DNA of 64,000 nucleotides from Selenomonadaceae bacterium. Its GTDB lineage: Bacteria; Bacillota; Negativicutes; Selenomonadales; Selenomonadaceae. Shown here piece by piece: positions 17,222-26,330 of this stretch. A program made the position numbers and the translations under genes. The DNA is taken from the NCBI GenBank assembly GCA_034186105.1, contig JAXGCE010000011.1, positions 4,120 to 68,119 on the forward strand, in the 5' to 3' direction. How positions within the stretch are numbered: the stretch's first letter is position 1; the number at the start of each line of letters is the position of its first letter. The notes beneath the pieces were generated by a model, which worked only from the letters and a program-made list of their open reading frames with translations, did no database searches and had not been told where the DNA came from.

Positions 17222-17254
17222 CAGAGAAATCTTCTTCGAAGGGAGGGGATGCGG

Positions 17255-18289
17255 ATGGAGGACAAGCTCGATGATCGTAAGCAGCGCGTGCTGAAAGCGA
17301 TCATAGAGGACTACGTCGCATCGGCAGAGCCGGTCGGATCACGGACGCTCGCGCGGAAGTATGACCTCGGCGTCAGCCCCGCGACGATCCGCAACGAGAT
17401 GGCCGACCTCGAAATGCTCGGCTATCTCGAGCAGATCCATACGTCGTCTGGCCGTATCCCTTCGTCGAAGGGCTATCGCTTCTATGTCGACGGCCTGATC
17501 CCGCCCGAGCCGGTCAGCGATGTCGAGAAACAGCGCATCGATGACTGGTATCGGCGGCGCGTGCGGCGCATCGAGGAAGTGTTCCAAGAGACGGCGCGCC
17601 TCATCTCGCAGGTGACGCACAATGTGTCGCTCGTGCTCGCGCCGCAGCTGACGCAGGCGAAGTTCCACTGCCTGCAGTTCCTGCCGCTCGATGACCGCCG
17701 CGTCATCACGGTCCTGATGACGGACGCAGGCTTCATCGAGAACAAGATCCTCCATATGCCGGATGGCGCGACGTTCGAAGATTTCCAGCGCATGGCGCAG
17801 GTCATCAACAAGAATCTCGCAGGCCATACGCTCGCTGAAGTGCAGCACCATTCACTCGAGGAGATCAAGGATGAAATCGCGGACGATCCTCTTTATGAGG
17901 CGGCGCTCGAGATCATCCATCGCGCACTTGATGCGAGCAAGGAAGAGCGCTTGTACCTTGGCGGCACGACGCAGATGCTCGCCCAGCCGGAGTTCCACGA
18001 TGTGGAAAAGGTCAAGTCGGCACTCCTCGTGCTCGAGGAAGAAGAGCTCATGAAGGATCTCCTGCACGCGCATCAGGGCGACGGCCTCGAGGTGACGATC
18101 GGTAAGGAAAACGCCGATAGCCATTTCCAGGACAGCAGCCTGATTACGGCGACATACCATCTAAATGGCGAGCTCCTCGGCACGATCGCGGTGCTCGGGC
18201 CCACGCGCATGGAGTACGCAAAGGCGATGAGCCTTCTGGAGTACATGAACGCGAATCTGACGAATATCATCAAGCGCTTCGACTGGTAG
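17255..18289 (+). CDS. hrcA: Heat-inducible transcription repressor HrcA
   Basis: RKQRVLKAIIEDYVASAEPVGSRTL...SPATIRNEMADLE. The ATG at 17255 has better RBS spacing than the one at 17249. Confidence 0.95.
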   Translation: MEDKLDDRKQRVLKAIIEDYVASAEPVGSRTLARKYDLGVSPATIRNEMADLEMLGYLEQIHTSSGRIPSSKGYRFYVDGLIPPEPVSDVEKQRIDDWYRRRVRRIEEVFQETARLISQVTHNVSLVLAPQLTQAKFHCLQFLPLDDRRVITVLMTDAGFIENKILHMPDGATFEDFQRMAQVINKNLAGHTLAEVQHHSLEEIKDEIADDPLYEAALEIIHRALDASKEERLYLGGTTQMLAQPEFHDVEKVKSALLVLEEEELMKDLLHAHQGDGLEVTIGKENADSHFQDSSLITATYHLNGELLGTIAVLGPTRMEYAKAMSLLEYMNANLTNIIKRFDW

Positions 18290-18313
18290 CGAGGCGGAAA
18301 GAGGTGAATTTCC

Positions 18314-18952
18314 TTGCCATCGTTTATGAAAGATGAAATGAGCAAGAAGGATGAACAGAAGTTGAAGGAAATGCAGAAGGAGATCGACGAGGCACAGGCC
18401 GCAGAAACGGCCGAAGGTGCTGACGCGGACGCTGCAGCCGAGAGCGCGGAAGCACCCGAGGGAGCGGAAAACGCAGAAGCTGCGGATGCGGGCGAAGACC
18501 TCCAGAAAAAGGTCGAGACGCTCGCGGCCGCCCTTCAAGAGAAGGACAATCGCCTGAAGCGCCTGCAGGCCGACTTCGAAAATTTCCGCCGCCGCACGAG
18601 CAAGGAGCGCGAGGAGATCGGCAATGTCGTGACGCAGGAACTTTTGAAATCTCTGCTCCCCGTTGTCGACAACTTCGACCGCGCCATGGCCACGGAGCAG
18701 CAGGACGGCGAAGCGTTCCAAAAGGGCGTGGAGATGATCTACACGCAGCTTGGCGAAACGCTGAAGAATGCCGGCCTCGAGCACATTGAAGTCGAGGGCC
18801 AGCCGTTCGACCCGAATTTCCATCAGGCCGTCATGCGTGTCCAGAACCCCGACCTCGATGACGACACGATCGCGCAGGAGCTCCAGAAGGGCTACATGGT
18901 CAAGGGCAAGGTCATCCGCCCGAGCATGGTGCAGGTCGTTAGTAATTCCTAA
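18314..18952 (+). CDS. grpE: Nucleotide exchange factor GrpE
   Basis: LKRLQADFENFRRRT and the C-terminal GY.....VIRPSMV are present. The start is TTG 18314 or ATG 18326. Confidence 0.93.
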   Translation: MPSFMKDEMSKKDEQKLKEMQKEIDEAQAAETAEGADADAAAESAEAPEGAENAEAADAGEDLQKKVETLAAALQEKDNRLKRLQADFENFRRRTSKEREEIGNVVTQELLKSLLPVVDNFDRAMATEQQDGEAFQKGVEMIYTQLGETLKNAGLEHIEVEGQPFDPNFHQAVMRVQNPDLDDDTIAQELQKGYMVKGKVIRPSMVQVVSNS

Positions 18953-19015
18953 ACAGCAATCCCAAATTTTTCACATAGATGACAACTTTTCAAGATACAC
19001 TAGGAGGAAACAACA

Positions 19016-20881
19016 ATGTCAAAGGTCATTGGTATTGACTTAGGTACCACGAACTCCGTCGTGTCCGTCATGGAAGGTGGCGAGCCGACGGTCATCACGA
19101 ACCCGGAAGGCAGCCGCATCACGCCGTCCGTCGTCGGTTTCACGAAAGACGGCCAGCGCCTCGTCGGCCAGCTCGCGAAGCGCCAGGCTGTGTCGAACCC
19201 GGATCGCACGATCCGTTCCATCAAGCGCCACATGGGCGATCCGAACTACAAAGTCACGATTGACGACAAATCCTATACGCCGCAGGAAATCTCCGCGATG
19301 ATCCTCCAGAAGCTGAAGGCTGACGCGGAAGCATACCTCGGCGAGACGGTCTCGCAGGCCGTCATCACGGTGCCAGCCTACTTTAACGACGCACAGCGCC
19401 AGGCGACGAAGGATGCCGGCAAGATTGCCGGCCTCGACGTCATGCGCATCATCAACGAGCCGACGGCAGCAGCGCTCGCCTATGGCCTCGACAAAGACCA
19501 GGACGAGACGGTCCTCGTCTTCGACCTCGGCGGCGGCACGTTCGACGTCTCGATCCTCGATCTCTCCGATGGCACGTTCGAAGTTCTCGCGACGAATGGC
19601 GACACGCACCTCGGCGGCGATGACTTCGACAAGAAGATCATGGACTGGATGGTCGAGTCCTTCAAGAAGGAGAACGGCATCGACCTCTCGCAGGACAAGA
19701 TGGCCGCACAGCGCCTGAAGGAAGCAGCTGAGAAAGCAAAGATCGAGCTCTCCAGCATGACGCAGACGAACATCAACCTGCCGTTCATCACGGCCGATGC
19801 CTCTGGCCCGAAGCATCTCGACCTGACGCTGACGCGCCAGCAGTTCAATGAGATGACGAACGACCTCGTGCAGCGCACGATGGAGCCGACGCGCAAGGCC
19901 ATGGCCGATGCCGACCTCACGGGCGCCGACATCAACAAGATCATCCTCGTCGGCGGTTCGTCCCGTATCCCGGCCGTGCAGGATGCCATCCGCACGATCC
20001 TCGACAAAGAGCCGTCGAAGGGCGTCAACCCGGATGAGTGCGTCTCCGTCGGTGCTGCTATCCAGGGCGGTGTCCTCGTCGGCGAAGTCAAAGACGTGCT
20101 GCTCCTCGATGTCACGCCGCTCTCGCTCGGCATCGAGACGCTCGGCGGTGTCTGCACGAAGATCATCGAGCGCAACACGACGATCCCGACGTCGAAGAGC
20201 CAGGTCTTCTCGACGGCGGCCGACAACCAGCCGTCCGTCGACATCCACGTCCTGCAGGGCGAGCGCGAAATGGCTGCGGACAACAAGACGCTCGGCCGCT
20301 TCGAGCTCTCCGACATCCCGCCGGCACCGCGCGGAGTGCCCCGCATCGAAGTCAAGTTCGACATCGACGCCAACGGCATCGTGCATGTCTCGGCAAAAGA
20401 CCTCGGCACGGGCAAAGAGCAGAAGATCACGATCCAGTCCGACAGCGGTATGAGCAAAGAGGACATCGACCGCATGGTCAAGGAAGCAAAAGCTCATGAG
20501 GCCGAGGACAAGAAGCGCAAAGACGAGATCGACACGAAGAACAACGCTGAAGCGCTTGCTTACCAGGCAGAGAAGACGATCAAGGATCTCGGCGACAAGG
20601 CCGACAAGGCAAAGGTTGCGGATGTCCAGAAAGCCATCGACCACCTGAAAGAGACGCTGAAGGGCGGCAACACGGAAGCCATCAAGAAGGCGACGGAAGA
20701 ACTCCAGAAGCCGCTCTATGAGCTCAGTGCTGCAGCCTACCAGGCCGCAGGCGCACAGCAGGGCGCTCCGGGCGCCGGCCAGGCCGGCCCGCAGCCGGGT
20801 GCCCAGGGTGGCGCGTCGTCCGAAAAGAAGGATGACGATGACGTCGTCGATGCTGAGTACACGGACGTTGATAAAAAATAA
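19016..20881 (+). CDS. dnaK: Molecular chaperone DnaK (Hsp70)
   Basis: [22 protein letters not shown] and the rest of a full-length Hsp70 are present. RBS AGGAGG. Confidence 0.98.
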   Translation: MSKVIGIDLGTTNSVVSVMEGGEPTVITNPEGSRITPSVVGFTKDGQRLVGQLAKRQAVSNPDRTIRSIKRHMGDPNYKVTIDDKSYTPQEISAMILQKLKADAEAYLGETVSQAVITVPAYFNDAQRQATKDAGKIAGLDVMRIINEPTAAALAYGLDKDQDETVLVFDLGGGTFDVSILDLSDGTFEVLATNGDTHLGGDDFDKKIMDWMVESFKKENGIDLSQDKMAAQRLKEAAEKAKIELSSMTQTNINLPFITADASGPKHLDLTLTRQQFNEMTNDLVQRTMEPTRKAMADADLTGADINKIILVGGSSRIPAVQDAIRTILDKEPSKGVNPDECVSVGAAIQGGVLVGEVKDVLLLDVTPLSLGIETLGGVCTKIIERNTTIPTSKSQVFSTAADNQPSVDIHVLQGEREMAADNKTLGRFELSDIPPAPRGVPRIEVKFDIDANGIVHVSAKDLGTGKEQKITIQSDSGMSKEDIDRMVKEAKAHEAEDKKRKDEIDTKNNAEALAYQAEKTIKDLGDKADKAKVADVQKAIDHLKETLKGGNTEAIKKATEELQKPLYELSAAAYQAAGAQQGAPGAGQAGPQPGAQGGASSEKKDDDDVVDAEYTDVDKK

Positions 20882-20899
20882 CCGGTTCGGTTGAGCATA

Positions 20900-20939
20900 G
20901 CGAGTGGTTCGCGCTGATTTTTGGGTGCGAACCACTTGC
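20900..20939 (+). other. Intercistronic stem-loop between dnaK and dnaJ
   Basis: GCGAGTGGTTCGC pairs with GCGAACCACTTGC over 13 bp with one G-U pair and a 14-nt loop. No T-run follows. Confidence 0.5.
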
Positions 20940-20962
20940 GCTATATAGACAAGGTGGTAAAA

Positions 20963-22141
20963 GTGAGCGAACAACGCGATTTATACGAGGTGCTCGGTGT
21001 CAGCAAGGATGCGTCCGATGCTGAGATCAAGAAAGCCTACCGAAAATTGGCGCGCAAGTATCATCCAGACCTCAACCGCGACGATCCGAAGAGAGCGGAA
21101 GAGAAGATGAAGGAAGTCAACGTGGCCTATGAGATTCTCAAAGACCCGAAGAAGCGCGCGCAGTATGACCGCTTCGGCTTCAATGCCGCAAATGGCGGCG
21201 CAGGCGGCGGAAATCCATTCGGCAATGGAGCGGGCGGCTTCGGCTTTGACTTCGGCCAGGGCGGCTTCGGCGGTGCCGAGGGCTTTGGCGACATCTTCGA
21301 CATGTTCTTTGGCGGCGGCGCAGGACGCGCATCTCGTTCGCGCGGCCCGGTCGCCGAGCGCGGTGCCGACATCCGCTACGACCTCGAGCTCACGTTCGAG
21401 GAAGCGGCATTTGGCAAGGAAGTCGAACTCTCCGTCCCGCGCATGGAAGAGTGCACGACGTGCCATGGCTCTGGTGCGGCCGCAGGCTCGAGCCCTGAAA
21501 CATGTCCGGACTGCCACGGCAGCGGCACGCGCCGCACGGTGCACAGCACGCCGTTCGGCCAGATGATGAACGAGACGACGTGCAACCGCTGCCACGGCAC
21601 AGGAAAAATCGTCAAGAATCCCTGCCACGACTGCCACGGCACGGGCAAGAAGCGCGCGAACCATACCGTCAAGGTTACGATCCCGAAAGGCGTCGACAAC
21701 GGCACGCGCCTGCGCGTCTCGGGGCACGGCGAAGCCGGCACGAATGGCGGCGGCTACGGCGACCTCTACGTCTACATCTTCATCAAGCAGCACAAGTTCT
21801 TCAAGCGCCAGGGCAACGACGTCATCGTCGAAGTGCCAGTCTCGTTCGTCGAGGCCGCGCTCGGCGGTACGGTGCAGGTTCCGACGCTCGACGGCCCCGT
21901 CGACATGAAAGTCCCGGCTGGCACGCAGAGCGGCAAAATCATGCGCCTCAGAAACCGCGGCATCCCGTTCCTGCGCGGCTCGGGTCGCGGCGACGAACAC
22001 GTCGTCGTCAAAGTCCTCACGCCGCAAAACCTCAGCTCGAAGCAGAAAGACCTCCTGCGAGAGTTCGGCGAACTCAGCGGCGACAAGGTCAATCCCGAAA
22101 AGAAAAGCTTTCTCGACAACTTGAAGAAGCTGTTCAAGTAA
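20963..22141 (+). CDS. dnaJ: Co-chaperone DnaJ
   Basis: The J-domain reads DLYEVLGV...HPD, followed by a G/F-rich region and four CxxCxGxG zinc motifs. The GTG at 20963 has an AAGGTGG RBS. The extension to 20921 overlaps the hairpin. Confidence 0.95.
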   Translation: MSEQRDLYEVLGVSKDASDAEIKKAYRKLARKYHPDLNRDDPKRAEEKMKEVNVAYEILKDPKKRAQYDRFGFNAANGGAGGGNPFGNGAGGFGFDFGQGGFGGAEGFGDIFDMFFGGGAGRASRSRGPVAERGADIRYDLELTFEEAAFGKEVELSVPRMEECTTCHGSGAAAGSSPETCPDCHGSGTRRTVHSTPFGQMMNETTCNRCHGTGKIVKNPCHDCHGTGKKRANHTVKVTIPKGVDNGTRLRVSGHGEAGTNGGGYGDLYVYIFIKQHKFFKRQGNDVIVEVPVSFVEAALGGTVQVPTLDGPVDMKVPAGTQSGKIMRLRNRGIPFLRGSGRGDEHVVVKVLTPQNLSSKQKDLLREFGELSGDKVNPEKKSFLDNLKKLFK

Positions 22142-22153
22142 GCAAGACAGAAA

Positions 22154-22195
22154 ATGCGTCAGCACGTCCGAAAGGATATGCTGGCGCATTTTTTC
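22154..22195 (+). terminator. Rho-independent terminator after dnaJ
   Basis: ATGCGTCAGCA ... TGCTGGCGCAT forms a stem with one wobble pair, followed by TTTTTT. Confidence 0.8.
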
Positions 22196-22241
22196 ATGGA
22201 ACTCGTTATTACAGTAGCCCGAGCATGTAGGGGACTGTTGA

Positions 22242-22270
22242 TTGACCTGCGGCATCTTCTACGATATACT
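22242..22270 (+). promoter_or_regulatory. Strong sigma-70-type promoter
   Basis: TTGACC-N17-TATACT. The -10 element ends 9 nt before the ATG at 22280. Confidence 0.55.
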
Positions 22271-22414
22271 TGAAGCTGTATGGAGAATGCATTTCTCCAA
22301 GCGAATCGTACAGCATGGTCTTTGCCTGCCATAGCGCATGTACTCGCTCTGCACCGGTTCAAGAGCCGCCGAGAGGCGCGGCCTCAAGGTGGTGGTTTCA
22401 GAGAAAGCGAGGTG

Positions 22415-22669
22415 ATGCCTGTGACAGATTGCTGGTTGCAGATTCTGATTGCGGTCTCCGTGTTGATCGGAGCTTTCGGGCTCTTTGTACTTTGTCATTC
22501 CTTGGCAAAGTATTTCGACCGCGCCGCAGCACCAGAAAATATCACGCTTGGAATCGGAGTGGCTCTGAAGAATCTTTTGGAGATTCAGCTGGACTTCCAT
22601 GGTGACAAAACTCCGAACAGCAAAAAAGACCATAATCCTTCCCAAGACGATGGCCTTCATTTGCAGTAA
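22415..22669 (+). CDS. Small single-pass membrane protein, unknown function (start ambiguous: 22280, 22415 or 22421)
   Basis: A GAGGTG RBS precedes the ATG/GTG at 22415/22421. The TM segment is WLQILIAVSVLIGAFGLFVL. Alternatively, a 129-aa product could start near-leaderless at 22280. Confidence 0.35.
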   Translation: MPVTDCWLQILIAVSVLIGAFGLFVLCHSLAKYFDRAAAPENITLGIGVALKNLLEIQLDFHGDKTPNSKKDHNPSQDDGLHLQ

Positions 22670-22693
22670 ACTGTATTTGTAGCTATGGAGCTT

Positions 22694-22727
22694 GGCGAAC
22701 CTGCTGTTGCGGTTCGCTCTTTTTTAT
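22694..22727 (+). terminator. Rho-independent terminator
   Basis: GCGAACC-N9-GGTTCGC followed by TCTTTTTTATTT. Confidence 0.6.
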
Positions 22728-22773
22728 TTCTATGATTATTATACGCGATTGCAGACGGAGCGTCAAGCCGTCT

Positions 22774-24513
22774 TTATCCGAGCAGGCTGAGCACGCTGGA
22801 TGCATTCTGATTTGCCTGCGCAAGCATGGCTTGGGCGGACTGGGCGAGGACGTTGGCTTTTGTGTAGGCCGTCATTGCCCTTGCCATGTCCGCGTCGCGG
22901 ATGGTGGATTCGCTTGCTTGCGTGTTTTCGCTGCTTGTGGTGAGGTTGCTGGCGGTATAGTCGAGCCTGCTTTGATAGGCGCCCATGCGCGTCTGGTTGT
23001 CGAGTGCATAGTCGATGGCATCGTCCAGCGCAGACATGGCGGTATACGATTTGTCGCGTGTCGATACGTTTATGCCATCGAGGCCGAGCGCGGTGGAGCG
23101 CATGTCTTTGATGAAAACGTGCAGATTCTGATTGGCTTTCGTGCCGTCATGAATGACGAGGGACGTCTGGTATTTTTCAATCGTCCATGAGCTTTCTTCA
23201 TTGACGTTGGAATCGTCCCATGCTAGGTCGATGCTGCCGACCGTACCGGTAACGCCTCGGCCAATGGCTTCGCCATGTGTGCTCGTGGCGTTCACAGTCG
23301 CATATTTGCTGATTTTGATGCTTTCCGTGTAGCCTTTGGCGCAGCCGCTGCCGATGCCAGCAGACCAATCACTGTGGGCCGTTACGGTGGCATTCTTTCC
23401 AATGATAATTTTGCCTGTCCTGCTGTGAGCGTTGCTGTCTGCCGCATGTGCCGCTGTACCACCAGATCCTCCGATGCCTGCACCTGTATAAGATTTTACG
23501 TTGAGCGTGCCTCCATTGATGGTGATGTCGCCTACGGTTGCTCCGAAACTTCCGCCGATGGCCGCACCATCTTTATTGACTGTAATGTTGTAGGTGCCGC
23601 TATTGATCGTGATATTCGGAACGCTGCTCGTATCTCCTTCGTCAACGCCGATGGCGGCACAGCCCGCTTCGCCAGTATTTGCTACGTTCAGTGTTCCCGT
23701 TCCTTCCAGCGTCAGGTCGTTTCCTGCGTTGATGACGGCCTTGTTGTAGTTCGTGGTGAGAGACGAGTAGCTGATCGTATTGTTTCCCAAAATGGTCAGG
23801 TGGTTGTTGCTCCCTTGAAATTTGATGATGGAACCATCTTGCTCGTTGACGACGTTTAACCCGTTGATCCAGACATTCGCGTTTCCGCCTGAAGGCCCGA
23901 CGATATAGACATCATGCAGGGGCGTGGAGGAATCCTCCTGCCGCAGTTCGATATTCTGTCCAGCAGCCACATAAACGGTACCGGTAAAGCCGACCGGCAA
24001 TGTATAAACGCCGTCCGCAGAAATGGAAGTCGTGCCGAGAGGCAGGACGGTCGGCGAACCTGTCGGCCGATTCTTGTACAGATAGTGGTCGCCGTAGTCG
24101 CCCCGTAGCAGCAGCCGTCCGTTGTAATTCGTCGTATTCGCGATGTCGTCGATTTCCTCAATGCGCTGCTGGAATTCTTTGTCGATGGTCGCGCGGTCGG
24201 CGTCGGTGTTGTGGTCGTTGGCCGAATTGATGGCCATAGCCTTCATGTTACGAAGATTGCTCACGATTTCCTGAATGCCGCCCTCAGCCGTGCGCACGAG
24301 GTTCTTGCCGGTCTGTGCATTCGCGATGTCCTGTCCGAGCGAGCGCAGTCGCACGCGCATTTTTTCAGAGATGGCGTATTCCGACGCACCGTCTCCCGCA
24401 CCATTGATTTTCATCCCAGACGCGACTTTCTTGAGCTGCTTGCCGAGTGTCGTGTCGTTTTTCTTGAGCTCGCCAAGTGCCGCCATCGCCGCGCTGTTGT
24501 TCATGATTTGCAT
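22774..24513 (-). CDS. fliC: Flagellin with large atypical central domain
   Basis: The conserved N-terminal D0/D1 region includes ...LSSGMKINGAGDGASEYAISEKMR-like and LVRTAEGGIQEI. The C-terminus includes GAYQSRLDYTASNLTTSSENTQASESTIRDADMA...LAQANQNASSVLSLLG. 579 aa. RBS AGGGAGG. Confidence 0.93.
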   Translation of the reverse strand: MQIMNNSAAMAALGELKKNDTTLGKQLKKVASGMKINGAGDGASEYAISEKMRVRLRSLGQDIANAQTGKNLVRTAEGGIQEIVSNLRNMKAMAINSANDHNTDADRATIDKEFQQRIEEIDDIANTTNYNGRLLLRGDYGDHYLYKNRPTGSPTVLPLGTTSISADGVYTLPVGFTGTVYVAAGQNIELRQEDSSTPLHDVYIVGPSGGNANVWINGLNVVNEQDGSIIKFQGSNNHLTILGNNTISYSSLTTNYNKAVINAGNDLTLEGTGTLNVANTGEAGCAAIGVDEGDTSSVPNITINSGTYNITVNKDGAAIGGSFGATVGDITINGGTLNVKSYTGAGIGGSGGTAAHAADSNAHSRTGKIIIGKNATVTAHSDWSAGIGSGCAKGYTESIKISKYATVNATSTHGEAIGRGVTGTVGSIDLAWDDSNVNEESSWTIEKYQTSLVIHDGTKANQNLHVFIKDMRSTALGLDGINVSTRDKSYTAMSALDDAIDYALDNQTRMGAYQSRLDYTASNLTTSSENTQASESTIRDADMARAMTAYTKANVLAQSAQAMLAQANQNASSVLSLLG

Positions 24514-24549
24514 GCGGGTTCCCTCCCTTTGAACAGTCCTCTATCTATA

Positions 24550-24576
24550 TTATCGTCGAAATGCCGAAAATATTAA
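24550..24576 (-). promoter_or_regulatory. Sigma-28 (FliA)-like promoter of flagellin gene
   Basis: On the minus strand the sequence is TTAA-N15-GACGATAA. The -10 element has one mismatch to GCCGATAA. Confidence 0.5.
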
Positions 24577-24642
24577 GGGGGGAGTAAAAATTTTATGCAA
24601 AGATAAGAAAAATTCACAGTCCACACGAGACTACAATGAGAG

Positions 24643-24671
24643 TTGCGGCGCTTCCGTTCTTTTGCTATGAT
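24643..24671 (+). promoter_or_regulatory. Candidate sigma-70 promoter for prmA-rsmE-mtaB
   Basis: TTGCGG-N17-TATGAT. Confidence 0.4.
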
Positions 24672-24708
24672 AGGAAGCAAACGCATTTGAAGAAAGGGGC
24701 CATGTGCA

Positions 24709-25599
24709 TTGAAGTGGGCGGAAGTCAGCATTCAGGCGGCGGAGGCGGAGACGGATCTCGTCGCGTCTTGTTTTTATGATGTCGGGGCGACGGGCGTTGT
24801 CATTGAGGATTCGGAGAGCGAGGCACCCGCGGGGCGCGTGGTGGTGAAGGCGTATCTGCCGGTCGACGACGAGCTCGACGGGCGCATCGCGGATTTCCGT
24901 GCGGGCATCGAGCGGCTGGCGGAGATGGACGGCTTTGATGCCGCGGCCTGCCCGATTGCCAAGCGCCTCGTGCAGGATTCCGACTGGGAAAATAATTGGA
25001 AGGCATATTTCCACACGCAGCGCGTCGGTCAGCACATCGTGATCCAGCCGTCGTGGGAAGAATACACGCCGCTTGCAGGCGATGTTGTGCTGAAGCTCGA
25101 CCCGGAGTCGGCATTTGGCACGGGCACGCATCCGACGACGGCGATGTGCCTGCGCGCACTCGAGCAGATGGTGCGCGGCGGCGAGACGGTGTTCGACGTC
25201 GGCACGGGCTCGGGCGTGCTGGCCATCGCGGCGGCAAAGCTCGGCGCGAAGACGGTCGTCGCGAAGGACTACGCGCGCGCGTCGGCCGAGGTCGCGGCGA
25301 AGAATGTCGCGGAAAACGGTGTGCAGGACGTCGTGACGACGGGCGTTTCCGACCTGCTGGCGGCGTTCGACGGGCAGGCCGACCTCGTCGTTGCGAACAT
25401 CATCGCCGACATCATCATCCGGCTCTTTGACGAACTGGATGCACATCTGGCAAAAGGCGGGCGGCTGCTCGCTTCGGGCATCATCGACGAGCGCGCGGCC
25501 GATGTCACGGAGGCGGCTGTCGCGCACGGTTTCGTCATCGAGGATATGTACACGGACGCAGGCTGGGCCGCGATGGTGCTGAAGAGGGCAAGCGAATGA
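24709..25599 (+). CDS. prmA: Ribosomal protein L11 methyltransferase PrmA
   Basis: The N-terminus is MKWAEVSI. AFGTGTHPTT and VFDVGTGSGVLAIAA (SAM motif) are present. TTG start. Confidence 0.93.
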   Translation: MKWAEVSIQAAEAETDLVASCFYDVGATGVVIEDSESEAPAGRVVVKAYLPVDDELDGRIADFRAGIERLAEMDGFDAAACPIAKRLVQDSDWENNWKAYFHTQRVGQHIVIQPSWEEYTPLAGDVVLKLDPESAFGTGTHPTTAMCLRALEQMVRGGETVFDVGTGSGVLAIAAAKLGAKTVVAKDYARASAEVAAKNVAENGVQDVVTTGVSDLLAAFDGQADLVVANIIADIIIRLFDELDAHLAKGGRLLASGIIDERAADVTEAAVAHGFVIEDMYTDAGWAAMVLKRASE

Positions 25600-26327
25600 G
25601 GCGGCTGTTTCTGAAGGGCTTGCTCGAAGACGAGGTCACGATTACGGGCGACGACGCGCAGCATCTGATGTATGCGATGCGGGCGAAAGCGGGCGACGAG
25701 GTCGTTCTCGTCGATGACACGGGCGCGGTCGGCCGCATGGAACTTACGGGCTTTACAGCCGACAGCGTCACGATGCACCTCGTCGAGCGCCTCGAAGCTG
25801 ACACGGAGCCGCCCATCGACCTCGTGCTCGCGCAGTGCCTGCCGAAAGGCGACAAGCTCGAGCTCATCATCCAGAAAGCCGTCGAGCTCGGGGCAATCGC
25901 CGTCCAGCCGCTCGCGAGCCGCAACTGCGTCGTGCGCTATGACGCGAAGAAAGCGGCGGCAAAGCAGAAGCGCTGGCAGAAGATTGCCGAAGAGGCGGCA
26001 AAGCAGTGCGGCCGGACGCGCGTGCCGGAGGTGCTGTCCGTGCGGCCGCTGGCGGACTGGCTGAAGCAGCCGGCAGAAAGTGCGCTGCTTTTTTGCTATG
26101 AAAATGAAGACCAGCAGCCCATCAAGGCGGTGCTTCGCGCTCTGCCGGAGGATGTGCACCGCATCACGGTGCTCATCGGCCCCGAGGGAGGCTTTTCGCT
26201 TCCCGAAGCGGCGGCCATCACCGAGGCAGGCGGCCAGTCCGTGACGCTCGGCCCGCGCATCCTGCGTGCCGAGACGGCGGCCATCGCCGCGATGAGCATC
26301 GTCCAGTATGAAAAGGGAGATTTGTAA
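25596..26327 (+). CDS. rsmE: 16S rRNA (uracil1498-N3)-methyltransferase RsmE
   Basis: The N-terminal PUA-like region is followed by QKAVELG and IGPEGGFS motifs. The start overlaps the prmA stop in an ATGA. Confidence 0.9.
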   Translation: MRRLFLKGLLEDEVTITGDDAQHLMYAMRAKAGDEVVLVDDTGAVGRMELTGFTADSVTMHLVERLEADTEPPIDLVLAQCLPKGDKLELIIQKAVELGAIAVQPLASRNCVVRYDAKKAAAKQKRWQKIAEEAAKQCGRTRVPEVLSVRPLADWLKQPAESALLFCYENEDQQPIKAVLRALPEDVHRITVLIGPEGGFSLPEAAAITEAGGQSVTLGPRILRAETAAIAAMSIVQYEKGDL

Positions 26328-26330
26328 AGC

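Noticed and set aside
22277-22414. A possible riboswitch, such as a c-di-GMP class, in the leader next to the flagellin gene.
   Set aside because: I could not match the conserved cores of the GEMM-I/II riboswitches or any other riboswitch I know by eye. Only generic hairpins are present. A covariance-model scan is needed before any claim.
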